From the sequence record SRR31156797_1918: a DNA stretch of 42,270 bases; one strand, 5' to 3'. The notes beneath the pieces were generated by a model. The model had not been told where the DNA came from, made no database searches, and saw nothing but the letters and a program-made list of their open reading frames with translations. How positions within the stretch are numbered: position 1 is the first letter of the stretch; every line of letters begins with the position of its first letter. The position numbers and the translations under genes were made by a program. This document shows positions 27,465-37,781 of the stretch, one piece after another.

Positions 27465-28517
27465 TTAACCACCTGTAAACGCATCACGTTTCGCTCGTTT
27501 TGGTTTCGGTCGCAAGATATGCTCAACCACCCTGAGAGCAATAACTGTAAACAATCCTGCAAACAGCACCTGGGCAATTCGCAGATAAAAGTTGGTACTT
27601 GCCACTTTATCAACGCCGGTTGAACTGCCGAGTAAAACTAGAAACGTGGTTAATCCGGAAGTAAAAGCTGCGGCATGCGCTCCGCCGGAAAAAATTTTCA
27701 CCGCAAACAGAAAACTGAACAGCAGTACCACTGCCAGAAGAAAAAGATACGTGGGTACGGCCACCAGCAAGTTGAATGCAACGATAATGGCAGCACCGCC
27801 AAGGCAGGTTGCCAGGGAATTAGCCTTCATCACCTGAAAAGAGGCCACCGTACTTGGCGTCCCTGCCATAAAGCATATATAGAGCATGGCGAGGGAGTAC
27901 TGGGCAAGATTGAGAGAAAAAAAGAGCACAACCGCGGTGAGGGCGACAAGAGTACTTATCAGTGCCAGCCGCACACGCTCCTCTGGTGTAGGTTGCGGTG
28001 GCGGCGGAGGCTTTTCGGCGGCGGGACGAGGTCCTGCCTTTTGTACAGCCAGGTTATCAGGAATAAGTCGATGAAATATCCAGGCAAAAAAAAGGCCGCA
28101 TGTCATGTTAAACCATAAACCAATGGCAATCAGGTGTGAAAGCTCGGCCCCGGAGAGTCCCATAATAGGTACCATTATAACACCTATGGTCATAAACAGG
28201 GTCGCCATTGGGGGGGCAGCAGGTGTGTCATTATAATAGATATAAAACAGCAGCAAGCCTAGAATCAGTATGCAGAGAACAGGAAAATCGAGCAAATATT
28301 CGCTGATGACCAGTCCGATAAAAAGGCTGAAAACCAATCGGCCTATAAGCTGCAAAGCCATTTTCCAACCGATCCAGACAGGAAATACCAAAAACATCGC
28401 TGCAAAAATAGGGGTCACAAAAAAGAGCGGCCAGACAATACCGTAACTTACCGCCACGGTCGCTGTCAGGCCAACTGTCATCCGCACTGTTCTTACAGCC
28501 TGTACATTCATAGGCAA
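27465..28517 (-). CDS. DUF2955 / FUSC-like inner membrane protein
   Basis: Polytopic membrane protein with a central Pro-rich linker; downstream of a HlyD gene. Confidence 0.7.
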   Translation of the reverse strand: MPMNVQAVRTVRMTVGLTATVAVSYGIVWPLFFVTPIFAAMFLVFPVWIGWKMALQLIGRLVFSLFIGLVISEYLLDFPVLCILILGLLLFYIYYNDTPAAPPMATLFMTIGVIMVPIMGLSGAELSHLIAIGLWFNMTCGLFFAWIFHRLIPDNLAVQKAGPRPAAEKPPPPPQPTPEERVRLALISTLVALTAVVLFFSLNLAQYSLAMLYICFMAGTPSTVASFQVMKANSLATCLGGAAIIVAFNLLVAVPTYLFLLAVVLLFSFLFAVKIFSGGAHAAAFTSGLTTFLVLLGSSTGVDKVASTNFYLRIAQVLFAGLFTVIALRVVEHILRPKPKRAKRDAFTGG

Positions 28518-28571
28518 ACCAGATTAAGACCTATCGTCAATATTGTCCTGTCCACTTTAACAATCCCAGTA

Positions 28572-29720
28572 TCAGTATATATGGGAGAGAAAACTGATCA
28601 TCCGAATCCAGAATCGACCGAGTGTATTGAGCAGCGGCCTGTTACCTGTATAAACGATCACGTTAACCTGCCCGCCAACCCTCTTAAACCCTTTTGCTGC
28701 ATCATCGGTGAACGTTATCAGCACAGGCAAATGCTGCGCCTGCCGTAACCACCCCTGGGTGGGCTGAACGGTCGTTAAACTGCCAAGGGTGTTGCCGGCA
28801 TTATCGGAAACACCAAAACCAACACTTACGACCTCTCCTTTAAAGACATGGCCCGGTGCAGCATCGAGAACCACTTCCACGGGATCATTCTTTTTAATAT
28901 TCAAAAGGCTGTTTTCCCGCATGTCAGCCTGGATCCAGACAAACTTAGTGGCAATAAAGGTCATTACCGGTGCTCCGGTTGCGGCATAATGGCCTACACC
29001 AACCGTCAGGTTGGTAATTATACCATCAGAAGGAGCCCGTATTGTACTTCTCCTGAGGTCGAGTTGGGCTGTTTCAAGAGCCGTCAGCGCTGATTGAACC
29101 TTTGCGTTATCCTCACCTGTTTTTCCAAGATTACTTTTTGCCTTCTCCAACTCTGAACGAGCGCTTGCAAGTTTGGCTTTGCTGGCTTCAATCCGTGATC
29201 GGGCATCATCAGCCCTGGATAATGAAGCAGCACCTTGTTTTGATAGTTTTATAATACGCTGCCCTTTCACCTGGGCATTACGGAGGTTGGCTTCTGCCTC
29301 AGTAACTCTTGCCTGTGCAGTTGTGACTGTGGCAATATCTGCCTCAGATGTTTGAGTAGCCAGCTGCAGGTCTGCTTGAGCACGACGCACTGCCAGCTCA
29401 TACTTAGCGGTATCGACAACAGCCAGTACCTGCCCCCCTGTTACAAACTGATTGTTGGTGACATTAACCGATGTGAGGGGACCTGAAACTTGCGGCACAA
29501 TCGGCACCACAAAGGCCTCTATCCTTCCGTTACTGGTATAAGGGGTGTATTTATCAGCAAGGATGTGGAGACAAAAAACAAGTGCACAGAGACCTACAAT
29601 AATCGCCGTCCATAGTGAAACAGGATCGATTCTCTTTTTTTTATCGTTCCCCTCTTGCTCCACCGCTGCAGTGTCTGCTAAAGGGATTTCTTCCTTGGCG
29701 GCCTTTTTTCCACTCGACAT
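28572..29720 (-). CDS. HlyD-family membrane fusion protein
   Basis: TPYTSNGRI, PQVSGP, IRAPSDGIITNL, GWLRQAQHLPV. Confidence 0.92.
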   Translation of the reverse strand: MSSGKKAAKEEIPLADTAAVEQEGNDKKKRIDPVSLWTAIIVGLCALVFCLHILADKYTPYTSNGRIEAFVVPIVPQVSGPLTSVNVTNNQFVTGGQVLAVVDTAKYELAVRRAQADLQLATQTSEADIATVTTAQARVTEAEANLRNAQVKGQRIIKLSKQGAASLSRADDARSRIEASKAKLASARSELEKAKSNLGKTGEDNAKVQSALTALETAQLDLRRSTIRAPSDGIITNLTVGVGHYAATGAPVMTFIATKFVWIQADMRENSLLNIKKNDPVEVVLDAAPGHVFKGEVVSVGFGVSDNAGNTLGSLTTVQPTQGWLRQAQHLPVLITFTDDAAKGFKRVGGQVNVIVYTGNRPLLNTLGRFWIRMISFLSHIY

Positions 29721-29823
29721 AGCTCAACCCAGTTAAGAATTATCAAAATACGTTTTTTCAACCATCACTCACCCTGATACATCCCTGATAAGAAGGTATG
29801 CCCGAGTTCTTGCGAAACAGTTT

Positions 29824-31338
29824 TTATGGGAGTGGGTACTCCAACAGACGCCCCCAATCAGTGCGTTCTTCCATGGTATCTTTTACTGTATCGGGGACAT
29901 ACGGCTTCCCTTTCCGGATCTGCCACCCGCCGCCGACGGCTTTGTACAGCGTAACGATATCAGTGGCAATATTACCTTTTGTTTGTGCGTACTGATCCTG
30001 TTTTTGGGTAAGTGACCTGGTGGAATCCAGGACACGCTGGTAATCAGCCAGCCCTTCCTTATACTGCAGCATGGAAAGATTCGTCGATCGCCTTGAAGTC
30101 TCTACTCCCTGTTTGAGAAGCTCAGCTTCTTTAATCGCCTGGTCAAGAGTCTGCATGGCATCTTCCACATCTTTGGCCGCATTGAGAACCGTACTCTGGT
30201 ACGCGGTGATCAGCTGTTGCAAACGGGCATCCTGAATGCGAACCTGATTTTTAAGCCGTCCATAGTTGAAAAGGTTCCATTTAAACGCCGGACCAAAACT
30301 GTAGGAAAAACTGTTGGCATCAAAGATATCTCCTAAGTCACTGTTTCCCCTGTCGGTGGCACTCCAGCCAAGGGAGCCAAACAGGGTAAAACTTGGGAAA
30401 AGATCTGCTCTGGCAATACCAATCTGGGCGCTTTGTGCCGCTGCCCGCATTTCCGCCCGGCGAATATCAGGTCGACGACGAAGAAGCTCAGCAGGCATTC
30501 CAACTGCTATTTTGGTAGACAGCTGCGGCATTTCACCGGGGGGAAGAACTCCTGCATCAATTTCCTCAGGAAGCATACCCAAAAGTACAGCTAATCCATT
30601 TCTAAAGGTATTAAGTGAGGCGGTAAGATTTGGAATTGTTGCTAGGGTGCTTGACAGCAGAGTCTTTGCCTGGAGAACGTCCAGCTCGGTCACTGTTCCC
30701 GCTTCAAACTGCAGGATAACCAGCTGCAGCGATCTTTGCTGCAGCTCAGCATTTTTTTGGGCAAGATCGATACGTTCCTGCTGGGTACGGATCGCAAAGT
30801 AGGTGCGAGCCACTTCTGCTGTAAGCGATACCAGCAGATCATCATAATCTGCCACGGTGGCAAGCAGATTAGAATCAGCAGATTCAATCCCACGACGGAA
30901 TTTCCCCCAGAAATCCATTTCCCAAGCGGCATCAAACCCAATCGATCCCGCATTATAATACCTGTCTTCAACCGGACCAGTTGCCCCAATGGTGAAAAGG
31001 TCACCATTCATTTCCTGAACCTGAGGATACATGTTGCCTTTAACACGTCCTAATTGAGCCCTGGCCTCTAGGATACGAAGCCCTGCACTGCGAAGTTCCA
31101 GATTCTGCTCAAAGGCGGTTTCGACAAGCTGATCCAGCACCGGGTCATTGAAAAGAGTCCACCAAGCTATCGAATCATCCTTTGATGGCTTTTTAAATAA
31201 ATCATCCTTTTCGACACTCCAGACTGTCGGTTGCTTTGCTTCCGGAGTCTGATAGTCTGGTCCAACCATTGTACAACCGCCAAGCAGGAGTACAAAAAGC
31301 GCTGAGAAAACATATAATCGCAAACATACTGTATTCAT
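29824..31338 (-). CDS. NodT/OprM-family outer membrane efflux lipoprotein
   Basis: Lipobox LGGC followed by TMVGPDY; WWTLFNDPVLDQL; ELLRRRPDIRRAE; LYKAVGGGW. Confidence 0.95.
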   Translation of the reverse strand: MNTVCLRLYVFSALFVLLLGGCTMVGPDYQTPEAKQPTVWSVEKDDLFKKPSKDDSIAWWTLFNDPVLDQLVETAFEQNLELRSAGLRILEARAQLGRVKGNMYPQVQEMNGDLFTIGATGPVEDRYYNAGSIGFDAAWEMDFWGKFRRGIESADSNLLATVADYDDLLVSLTAEVARTYFAIRTQQERIDLAQKNAELQQRSLQLVILQFEAGTVTELDVLQAKTLLSSTLATIPNLTASLNTFRNGLAVLLGMLPEEIDAGVLPPGEMPQLSTKIAVGMPAELLRRRPDIRRAEMRAAAQSAQIGIARADLFPSFTLFGSLGWSATDRGNSDLGDIFDANSFSYSFGPAFKWNLFNYGRLKNQVRIQDARLQQLITAYQSTVLNAAKDVEDAMQTLDQAIKEAELLKQGVETSRRSTNLSMLQYKEGLADYQRVLDSTRSLTQKQDQYAQTKGNIATDIVTLYKAVGGGWQIRKGKPYVPDTVKDTMEERTDWGRLLEYPLP

Positions 31339-31356
31339 GGTTGCTGTATCCGTATG

Positions 31357-32493
31357 CTATTCAGCCTTACCGGTTTTATCCGGTTGAGAAACGTTGGTTT
31401 CTTCTTCAACCCACGCTGTAAACAAGGTGTAACTGATGGCCACCACCACTGCGCCTACAAACAAACCAATGATTCCGTACACCATCATACCGCCCAAAGC
31501 GCCGAGCAATATCACGAGCATGGGGATATCAACTCCCCGCCCCATGAGCAGGGGCTTTAAAATGCCGTCACTTGCACTTACCAAAATGGCCCAAATAAGA
31601 AAAAAAACTGCGGGCACAGTGGTTGTTGCGGTGAAGACCCAGGCAGCAACAGGCCCGAGAACAAGTATCGGTGGCAGTTGAATCACTGCCATTACCAGTA
31701 CAAGAGCAGCCCACAAACCTGCTGCAGGCACACCGACAATCACCATACCAATGGCTGACAGAATTGACTGGATAACCGCCACTCCCACAACGCCCTGCAT
31801 CACACCTCTAATGGTTGCTGTGGCCAGGCTGGTAATCTCTTCCCCACGGTCACCTGCAAACCGGGTAATAATTTTTTCAATTGCTGCAGAACTTTTTTCG
31901 GCTGTAGCAAGAAATGCGGCGGCAATAGCCACGGAAATGACAAACATAAAAACGCCCTTCATTCCACCGCCAACAGAACCGAGCAGTGTCAGGGCTCCGG
32001 ATTTCAGCTGCGGGCCGTATTGCTTCAGGACTGCTTCCAGGTTGATGGATGCCAGGGTCCAGGTTTTACTTAGTGATGGGCCAATCAACGGCCACTCACT
32101 GACACTTGCAGGCGGGGGGGGAACTTTTAAAGTATTTTCATCCATTGCGGTTGCAATGGATTGAACAGTATCGATGGAAGAGGTTACCAGTTTTACTGAA
32201 GGAATAATCAGGGCTGCAATAACAACCAAGGCAAAAAGAACAGCCGCTGCTTTCCTCCGTCCTCCCATCATTGCCGCAACTTTGGCAATAAAAGGCTCCA
32301 TGGCTACCGCAATAATAATCCCCCAGAGAACAGGTATCAGAAACGGTTTAATGATGAGCAAGGTCCAGAGAACCATTGTTCCAAGAATACAGATTCTAAT
32401 GACCATTTCGATAAATTCTTTCTGAAAAGGCTTAAATGTGTCAGGTGCTTTCATGAGTAGTTGTCCTCCATTGCATTCCTGCAGATATGTCAA
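31357..32493 (-). CDS. AI-2E family transporter (YdiK-like; start may be 32454)
   Basis: PFLIPVLWGIIIAVA, DGILKPLLMGRG, GIIGLFVGAVVVA. Confidence 0.88.
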   Translation of the reverse strand: MTYLQECNGGQLLMKAPDTFKPFQKEFIEMVIRICILGTMVLWTLLIIKPFLIPVLWGIIIAVAMEPFIAKVAAMMGGRRKAAAVLFALVVIAALIIPSVKLVTSSIDTVQSIATAMDENTLKVPPPPASVSEWPLIGPSLSKTWTLASINLEAVLKQYGPQLKSGALTLLGSVGGGMKGVFMFVISVAIAAAFLATAEKSSAAIEKIITRFAGDRGEEITSLATATIRGVMQGVVGVAVIQSILSAIGMVIVGVPAAGLWAALVLVMAVIQLPPILVLGPVAAWVFTATTTVPAVFFLIWAILVSASDGILKPLLMGRGVDIPMLVILLGALGGMMVYGIIGLFVGAVVVAISYTLFTAWVEEETNVSQPDKTGKAE

Positions 32494-32935
32494 TTTTACT
32501 TTTTTTCTACATCTTTCCCCTTTTTCCTTCCTTTACGGGTGCTGCGACAAAATAACAATTTGGTAATATGTTATACCGACATGCTAGTCTTATCAAATCA
32601 AACATTTTTTTATTTTTTTAAAATGTATCTCCCCCAAAAAAAACTACAGGTGAAGACATTGTATTGGTTGCAAAACCATTAGAATAAGATCGAGTCCTGT
32701 TTTGATTTTTTAATGCTTTCCAAATCATTTCCTATCGCCCTCCCTGCATCCAGTGTGTGTTCACTCGTAATGGGATCACCTATTAATTACATTACACTCT
32801 TTCAAGATAATCTGGAGGAAGTATCACCTGGCCTGCAACTATGACAACTAGCCTTATTACTTACATAAATCTCTTAATACAATAAATAATAGGCAGTCCT
32901 GTCTCAAGAGTACAAGCGAAACAGGTAACACCTGT

Positions 32936-34321
32936 TCAAGAGACTTTAAGTATCTTGCGACGATAGCGAAGGGTGGAGTACTTTAGGTGAAGAAGCTTGG
33001 CCGCCTGAGTTTCATTGGCTTTTGTGATCCTCAAGGCCTCTTTGATATACTGTTTTTCAATGGATTCCAATAAAGAGGGTAAATTAATTCCGGCTGAAGA
33101 AAGAGCAGGGGTGAGTCTTTCCAGAAGATCCTCTTCTCCATGAGTAGGGAGAAGAGCCTGTTTTCCGAGATCCTCCAGGGTAAGTTTCGGCCCTTTTGCA
33201 ATGAGGGTTGCTCTTTCAATTAAATTTTTCAATTCACGAACATTTCCGCGCCACTGAATCTGTTGTAGCGCATGTTCAGCTTGAGAAGTGATGCCGTTCA
33301 ATGACTTGCCAAAGTTCTTACTGAATTCCAGCAGAAAATGTTTGGCTATGGGCAAAATATCTTCAGGGCGTTTATTCAATGAAGGAACTTCGATCTTAAT
33401 GACCCCAATTCTGAAATAAAGATCTTCACGAAAAGATCCTTCATTTATCATTTGGGTAATATTCTTGTTGGTTGCCGAAACGACCCTTGTCTGGACATGT
33501 ACTGCCTTGGTTCCACCAACTTTATAGAATTTCCCTGATTCAAGAAATCGTAAAAGCTTGGCCTGCGCATCAAGATCCAAATCACCAATTTCATCGAGAA
33601 AAAGAGTACCACCTGCTGCTTGTTCGATGAGGCCTTTCTTTCCAAAGGGTTTAGCTCCACTGAAAGCCCCTTGTTCGTAGCCAAACAGCTCGCTCTCAAC
33701 AAGATCTTTAGGAATGGCAGCACAGTTAACCGGAATCAACTCTCCCCGGAAATTGGGGCTTCTGAAATGAATGGCGCCGGCAACAAGTTCTTTGCCAGTG
33801 CCTGATTCACCGAGAATAAGAATCGGGGTATCAGGGCTCTTGGCTACGTCTTCAACAAACTGCATAACCTCCTGGATAAGCTTACTTTCCCCAATAAAAA
33901 AAGGCAGATTTTCCCTAAGATATTTTTCCTGCAGGGCCTTGACCTCTTTTCTCAACCTGATCTGTTCTAAGGCATTCTTGATGGTAACCTTAAGTGAATC
34001 CATCTGAATGGGTTTTACGACGTAATCGTAAGCGCCAAGGCGCATTGCGGAAATAACGGTTTTGATATCCTCAAAGGCCGTTATCATAATTACAACCGTC
34101 TCAGGATACTCCTTTTTTATGGCTCCCAAGGCTTCAATCCCACTCATTCCTGGCAGCCCAATATCAAGTAGGACAAGATCCGGAGGATCCTTTTTGATAG
34201 ATTCGAGAGCTTCTTCAGCTGTGGTAAAAAAACTTGCACGGTAATCTTCCTGTAAAATGTGGGCAATGGCTTTAGCTAAAGACTGCTCATCATCAACTAT
34301 GTAAATGGAATAGGTTATCAT
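32936..34321 (-). CDS. NtrC-family sigma54-dependent response regulator (REC, AAA+, HTH)
   Basis: IVDDE, LLDIGLP; GESGTGKE, ESELFGYEQGAFSGA, LFLDEIG, FREDLYFR, WRGNVREL; ATG 34321 overlaps the kinase stop (ATGA), so preferred over 34378. Confidence 0.93.
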   Translation of the reverse strand: MITYSIYIVDDEQSLAKAIAHILQEDYRASFFTTAEEALESIKKDPPDLVLLDIGLPGMSGIEALGAIKKEYPETVVIMITAFEDIKTVISAMRLGAYDYVVKPIQMDSLKVTIKNALEQIRLRKEVKALQEKYLRENLPFFIGESKLIQEVMQFVEDVAKSPDTPILILGESGTGKELVAGAIHFRSPNFRGELIPVNCAAIPKDLVESELFGYEQGAFSGAKPFGKKGLIEQAAGGTLFLDEIGDLDLDAQAKLLRFLESGKFYKVGGTKAVHVQTRVVSATNKNITQMINEGSFREDLYFRIGVIKIEVPSLNKRPEDILPIAKHFLLEFSKNFGKSLNGITSQAEHALQQIQWRGNVRELKNLIERATLIAKGPKLTLEDLGKQALLPTHGEEDLLERLTPALSSAGINLPSLLESIEKQYIKEALRITKANETQAAKLLHLKYSTLRYRRKILKVS

Positions 34322-36438
34322 CCCTTTGCCTTCTCTTTTTTGACAGGAAGTTCGGCCACAAACAGTGCGCCACCCCACTTGCTTGACCGAACATGTAAAG
34401 AGCCATGGTGATCTAGGATAATTCGGTGGCAGAGACTCAAGCCGATACCAAAACCATAATGCTTGGTTGTGAAAAATGGATCAAAGATTTTGTCACGCAG
34501 GTCAGCAGGTATACCAGGCCCGGAATCGGCAATGGTTATTACAATGAATTGTTTTCCTTCATCATGGCCCTTTGCTGTGGTCCGTATCTCTATCTGTTTT
34601 TCTCCCTGCCATTGGATGAGTTCCTCTCTGGCATTAGTAATCAAATTTACCATCAGCTGTTCGATCAACTGACCATCAAAATAGCCTTCAGGGATTTCCT
34701 CATCCAGTTGCACATTCAGGATGACGCCACTCTTTCTCAAGGTGGCCGCCGAAAGCTCAACCGCATCTCTAACAAACTGGTTGACGTTGATTAATTGCAT
34801 TACATGCTGACTTGGTTTAGAAAAATCCATAACCAGCTTTACAACATCTTCAATTTTACGAGATGCGATCTCAATTTCGGAAACAGCGTCTTGAAGACTG
34901 AGCCGATAAGTCACGTCAAAGGATTCATCTTCAAATAAAACTTTCATTGTGCTTAAGTAGACATTGATCGTCGACAAAGGATTTCTAATCTCGTGGGCAA
35001 TGCCTGCAGCCACGCGACCGAGTGAACTCATTTTCTCATTGATGGCTACGAAACGTTCCAACTCCTTACGCTTTTTGATATCACGGGCAAAAATGCACTG
35101 GTATTCCTTGCCATTAAATTCAACTGGGGTGATATGCATCTCTACAGGGATCTTTTCTCCATCTTTGCAAGAATAGCTGGTTTCTACTCCCCAGATCTCC
35201 CTACGCTTAATCTTATTCCAATTTTTATGTATGGTATCAAGCGTTAAGCCATCCCAGACATCAATTGCCGTAATCGACAAAAGTTCATTTCTTGAATATT
35301 TCAATTTGCTGCAGATTGTTTCGTTTACGTCAACGATGTTTCCTTCATAATCTATCCAGCCTATCATATCATTGGCATGGTTAATGGAAAATCTGGTGAA
35401 TTGTAATGCTTCACAGGCTCGATTACGTACAGCTATTTCTTTTTGCAGCCTGACGCACGTTAAAGACAATGCCCTGGTTCGTTCTTCTACTCGTGTTTCA
35501 AGTTTTTCGCGCTCCTCTCGAAGCTTCGTCTCCCGCTGCTTGCGCTTGGTGATGTCACGGTTACTTCCTCTCCGCCCGAAATAATTGCCTTCAGAATCAA
35601 ATACAGGCTGACTATAATGGGATATCCAGCGCTCCTCACCCCCGTGGGTAATGATTCGAAAATCCATATGAAACAACCCCTCGCTCCTCTTTTCTGCTTC
35701 AAGGTATGCATCCATTTTCATTTGATCATCAGGATGCGCGATGGACGCCAATAGGTGTGCATTATCTATGAATTCTTTTCTTTTATAACCGGTAATTGCT
35801 TCAAAGACAGAGGAGAGACAAATAAAGCGTCCCGCCGAGTCTGTCAAATATACCCACTCACAGGTGAAGGCTGCCATGTTTCTGCATTCTTTTTCACGGA
35901 ACCTCAAATCCTCTTCAACCCTCTTTCGCTTGGCAATCTCATTTTTCAGGTCAGCATTTATTGCGACAAGCTTGGCAGTGCGTTGTTCAACCTGTCGAAC
36001 CAGCTCTTCTCGGACTTCGATCAAAGCCTCTTCGTTTTGTTTATGGGTGGTGGCATCCTGTACAGTTTCGATTGCTCCAATGATTTCCCCCTGCTCATCC
36101 CTTAAGGGCGTAGCGGTAAAAAACAACCACCTGTTTTTCCCACTCTGATCAGGAAAGTATCCTTCCGTCTCATATCCTCCAGCCGTATTGCTGGAAATTT
36201 GAACTGGATTTTTAGAAGAACTAACCACTTCTTCTAACGTGGCCTTCTCCACTATAAAATCAGCTAGGACCGGTTGTTGCTGTGGATAAAAGGCCACCCA
36301 CTGTTTTCCAGTTCCAACCATATTGTCAGCGGAAAAACCAGTCAGCCGCTCACAGGCCAGGTTCCAGTGGGTGATAATGTGGTTGTCGTTGATTACAAAA
36401 GTTGGGATCGCACTGTTTTGAAAAATTTGCTCAAACAT
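34318..36438 (-). CDS. Cytoplasmic multi-PAS sensor histidine kinase
   Basis: Three PAS/PAC units; AGIAHEIRNPL; NLITNA, DSGPGI, FDPFFTTK, GIGL. Confidence 0.93.
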   Translation of the reverse strand: MFEQIFQNSAIPTFVINDNHIITHWNLACERLTGFSADNMVGTGKQWVAFYPQQQPVLADFIVEKATLEEVVSSSKNPVQISSNTAGGYETEGYFPDQSGKNRWLFFTATPLRDEQGEIIGAIETVQDATTHKQNEEALIEVREELVRQVEQRTAKLVAINADLKNEIAKRKRVEEDLRFREKECRNMAAFTCEWVYLTDSAGRFICLSSVFEAITGYKRKEFIDNAHLLASIAHPDDQMKMDAYLEAEKRSEGLFHMDFRIITHGGEERWISHYSQPVFDSEGNYFGRRGSNRDITKRKQRETKLREEREKLETRVEERTRALSLTCVRLQKEIAVRNRACEALQFTRFSINHANDMIGWIDYEGNIVDVNETICSKLKYSRNELLSITAIDVWDGLTLDTIHKNWNKIKRREIWGVETSYSCKDGEKIPVEMHITPVEFNGKEYQCIFARDIKKRKELERFVAINEKMSSLGRVAAGIAHEIRNPLSTINVYLSTMKVLFEDESFDVTYRLSLQDAVSEIEIASRKIEDVVKLVMDFSKPSQHVMQLINVNQFVRDAVELSAATLRKSGVILNVQLDEEIPEGYFDGQLIEQLMVNLITNAREELIQWQGEKQIEIRTTAKGHDEGKQFIVITIADSGPGIPADLRDKIFDPFFTTKHYGFGIGLSLCHRIILDHHGSLHVRSSKWGGALFVAELPVKKEKAKG

Positions 36439-36455
36439 TTTAGTTCCTCCCTAAA

Positions 36456-36945
36456 GGAAAGCATCCCGCGCTTATGGAATTATTTGACAATCCGAATTCT
36501 CTTTTTCCGTGAAACTCGTTCCCCTTGGGCCTTTTTATCGTATTCATCAAAAAATATATCAAATTTTGAATTAAATTTGGCGCACCGAATTTCAGAATAT
36601 TGTTGGCGTAGTCGACCTTCCACCAACCGCCAGATCTCTTGGCCAGAATATTACTGATGAACTTATTGGAACTTTCAATTACACCGTTACCAAGGGGGTA
36701 ACCACCTCGCCGCGACCAACCATTTTCAATCTTATCCTTATTCTTCTTGAGTTATTTGACCAGTTTTGCCCTCTCTGCTTTTACTTCCGCTGTTTTACAT
36801 TTCATTCTATTGGGCCCGCAATGACATGGGTGACAATTGTATGAAACAGCCGAACCGTGATCTGCTCTACCCACTTATCGACCTTCTCTGGTTCAGTAAT
36901 CTGAACTTTAGCAAAATCATATAAATGTTGTGAGCAGTTGTAGTC
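36456..36945 (-). mobile_element. Decayed IS remnant, ISKra4/ISLre2-like (mutator-type) transposase 3' part with probable right end
   Basis: Across two frameshifts and a stop: DYNCSQHLYDFAK...KWVEQ...RLFH / LVK*LKKNKDKI...RRGGYPLGNGVIESSNKFI...KRSGGWWKVDYANNILK / RCAKFNSKFD, stop at 36480; then GGGATGCTTTCC as candidate end. Family recognised from memory of motifs. Confidence 0.75.
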
Positions 36946-37139
36946 ATGACAGCTCTTCCCATATCTTGAAATCTGCAAATATTTACATTTTAAATATGGA
37001 AAATTATGCAACCAGGGAATGGGAAAAATTTCAACTACTGTCTATTTGACTATAACCCCCTGTTAATAGGTGATTACCCAAAACATGTCAATAGTGGTAC
37101 AGTTTATGCTTTATAACTTTTTAATACATAAATATAAAG

Positions 37140-37580
37140 ATGTCAGAAAAAACTACCTTAGAGGGAAGTATTATTTCCATGCTGACTAATGAAAAAATGA
37201 TACTCATAGATAATGATGAAGGAGTCAGGAAGTCCTTATCATTATTTTTCAAATCCCGTACATACAATCTACTTACCATTGAAAATAGTACACAGGCGTT
37301 AAAGGCAATAAAAATGAATATATATTCTATAATAATATGTGAAGAGTTTCTACCTGATATAAACGGTATAACTTTATTCAAAATACTAAAACATAAAGGA
37401 TACAGAAGCATAAATATTCTTACAAGTTCTTATGGAATAATCCCTAACCAGGAAGATATTAAAGGAACAGGTATTGACTATATACTCACAAAACCATTTT
37501 CAGGAAATAAAGTGGAAGCAGTTATATCAAAATTGATAAAATTAAGGGATATAAGGCAGAACTGGCTAGGTATATGCTGA
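37140..37580 (+). CDS. Single-domain response regulator receiver, atypical (phosphoacceptor Asp appears as Glu)
   Basis: MILIDNDE, IIICEEFLPDING, LTKPF; very AT-rich; true start uncertain. Confidence 0.75.
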   Translation: MSEKTTLEGSIISMLTNEKMILIDNDEGVRKSLSLFFKSRTYNLLTIENSTQALKAIKMNIYSIIICEEFLPDINGITLFKILKHKGYRSINILTSSYGIIPNQEDIKGTGIDYILTKPFSGNKVEAVISKLIKLRDIRQNWLGIC

Positions 37581-37781
37581 AGTCATCATTCATTAGAATG
37601 ACTGCAATTATCTTTGAGAGGTTACAAACCACACGATTGATTCAGATAATTATTTTTTATTTAAACCATAACGAGTTTGATATCTATACATACAATACCA
37701 ACATATCATTTGTTCAATATATGTAAACACGACATTTCCTAAGAAACCTAACTAATAAATAACAAACGAAATTACCTTACA

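Noticed and set aside
24227-32493. AI-2 quorum-sensing system (LsrG-like gene plus AI-2E transporter)
   Set aside because: Both families are broad, the genes are 7 kb apart on opposite strands, and no luxS, lsrK or lsrB is present.
33650-33672. GAFSGA instead of GAFTGA in the sigma54 activator
   Set aside because: Conservative variant; other AAA+ motifs are intact, so not evidence of a defect.
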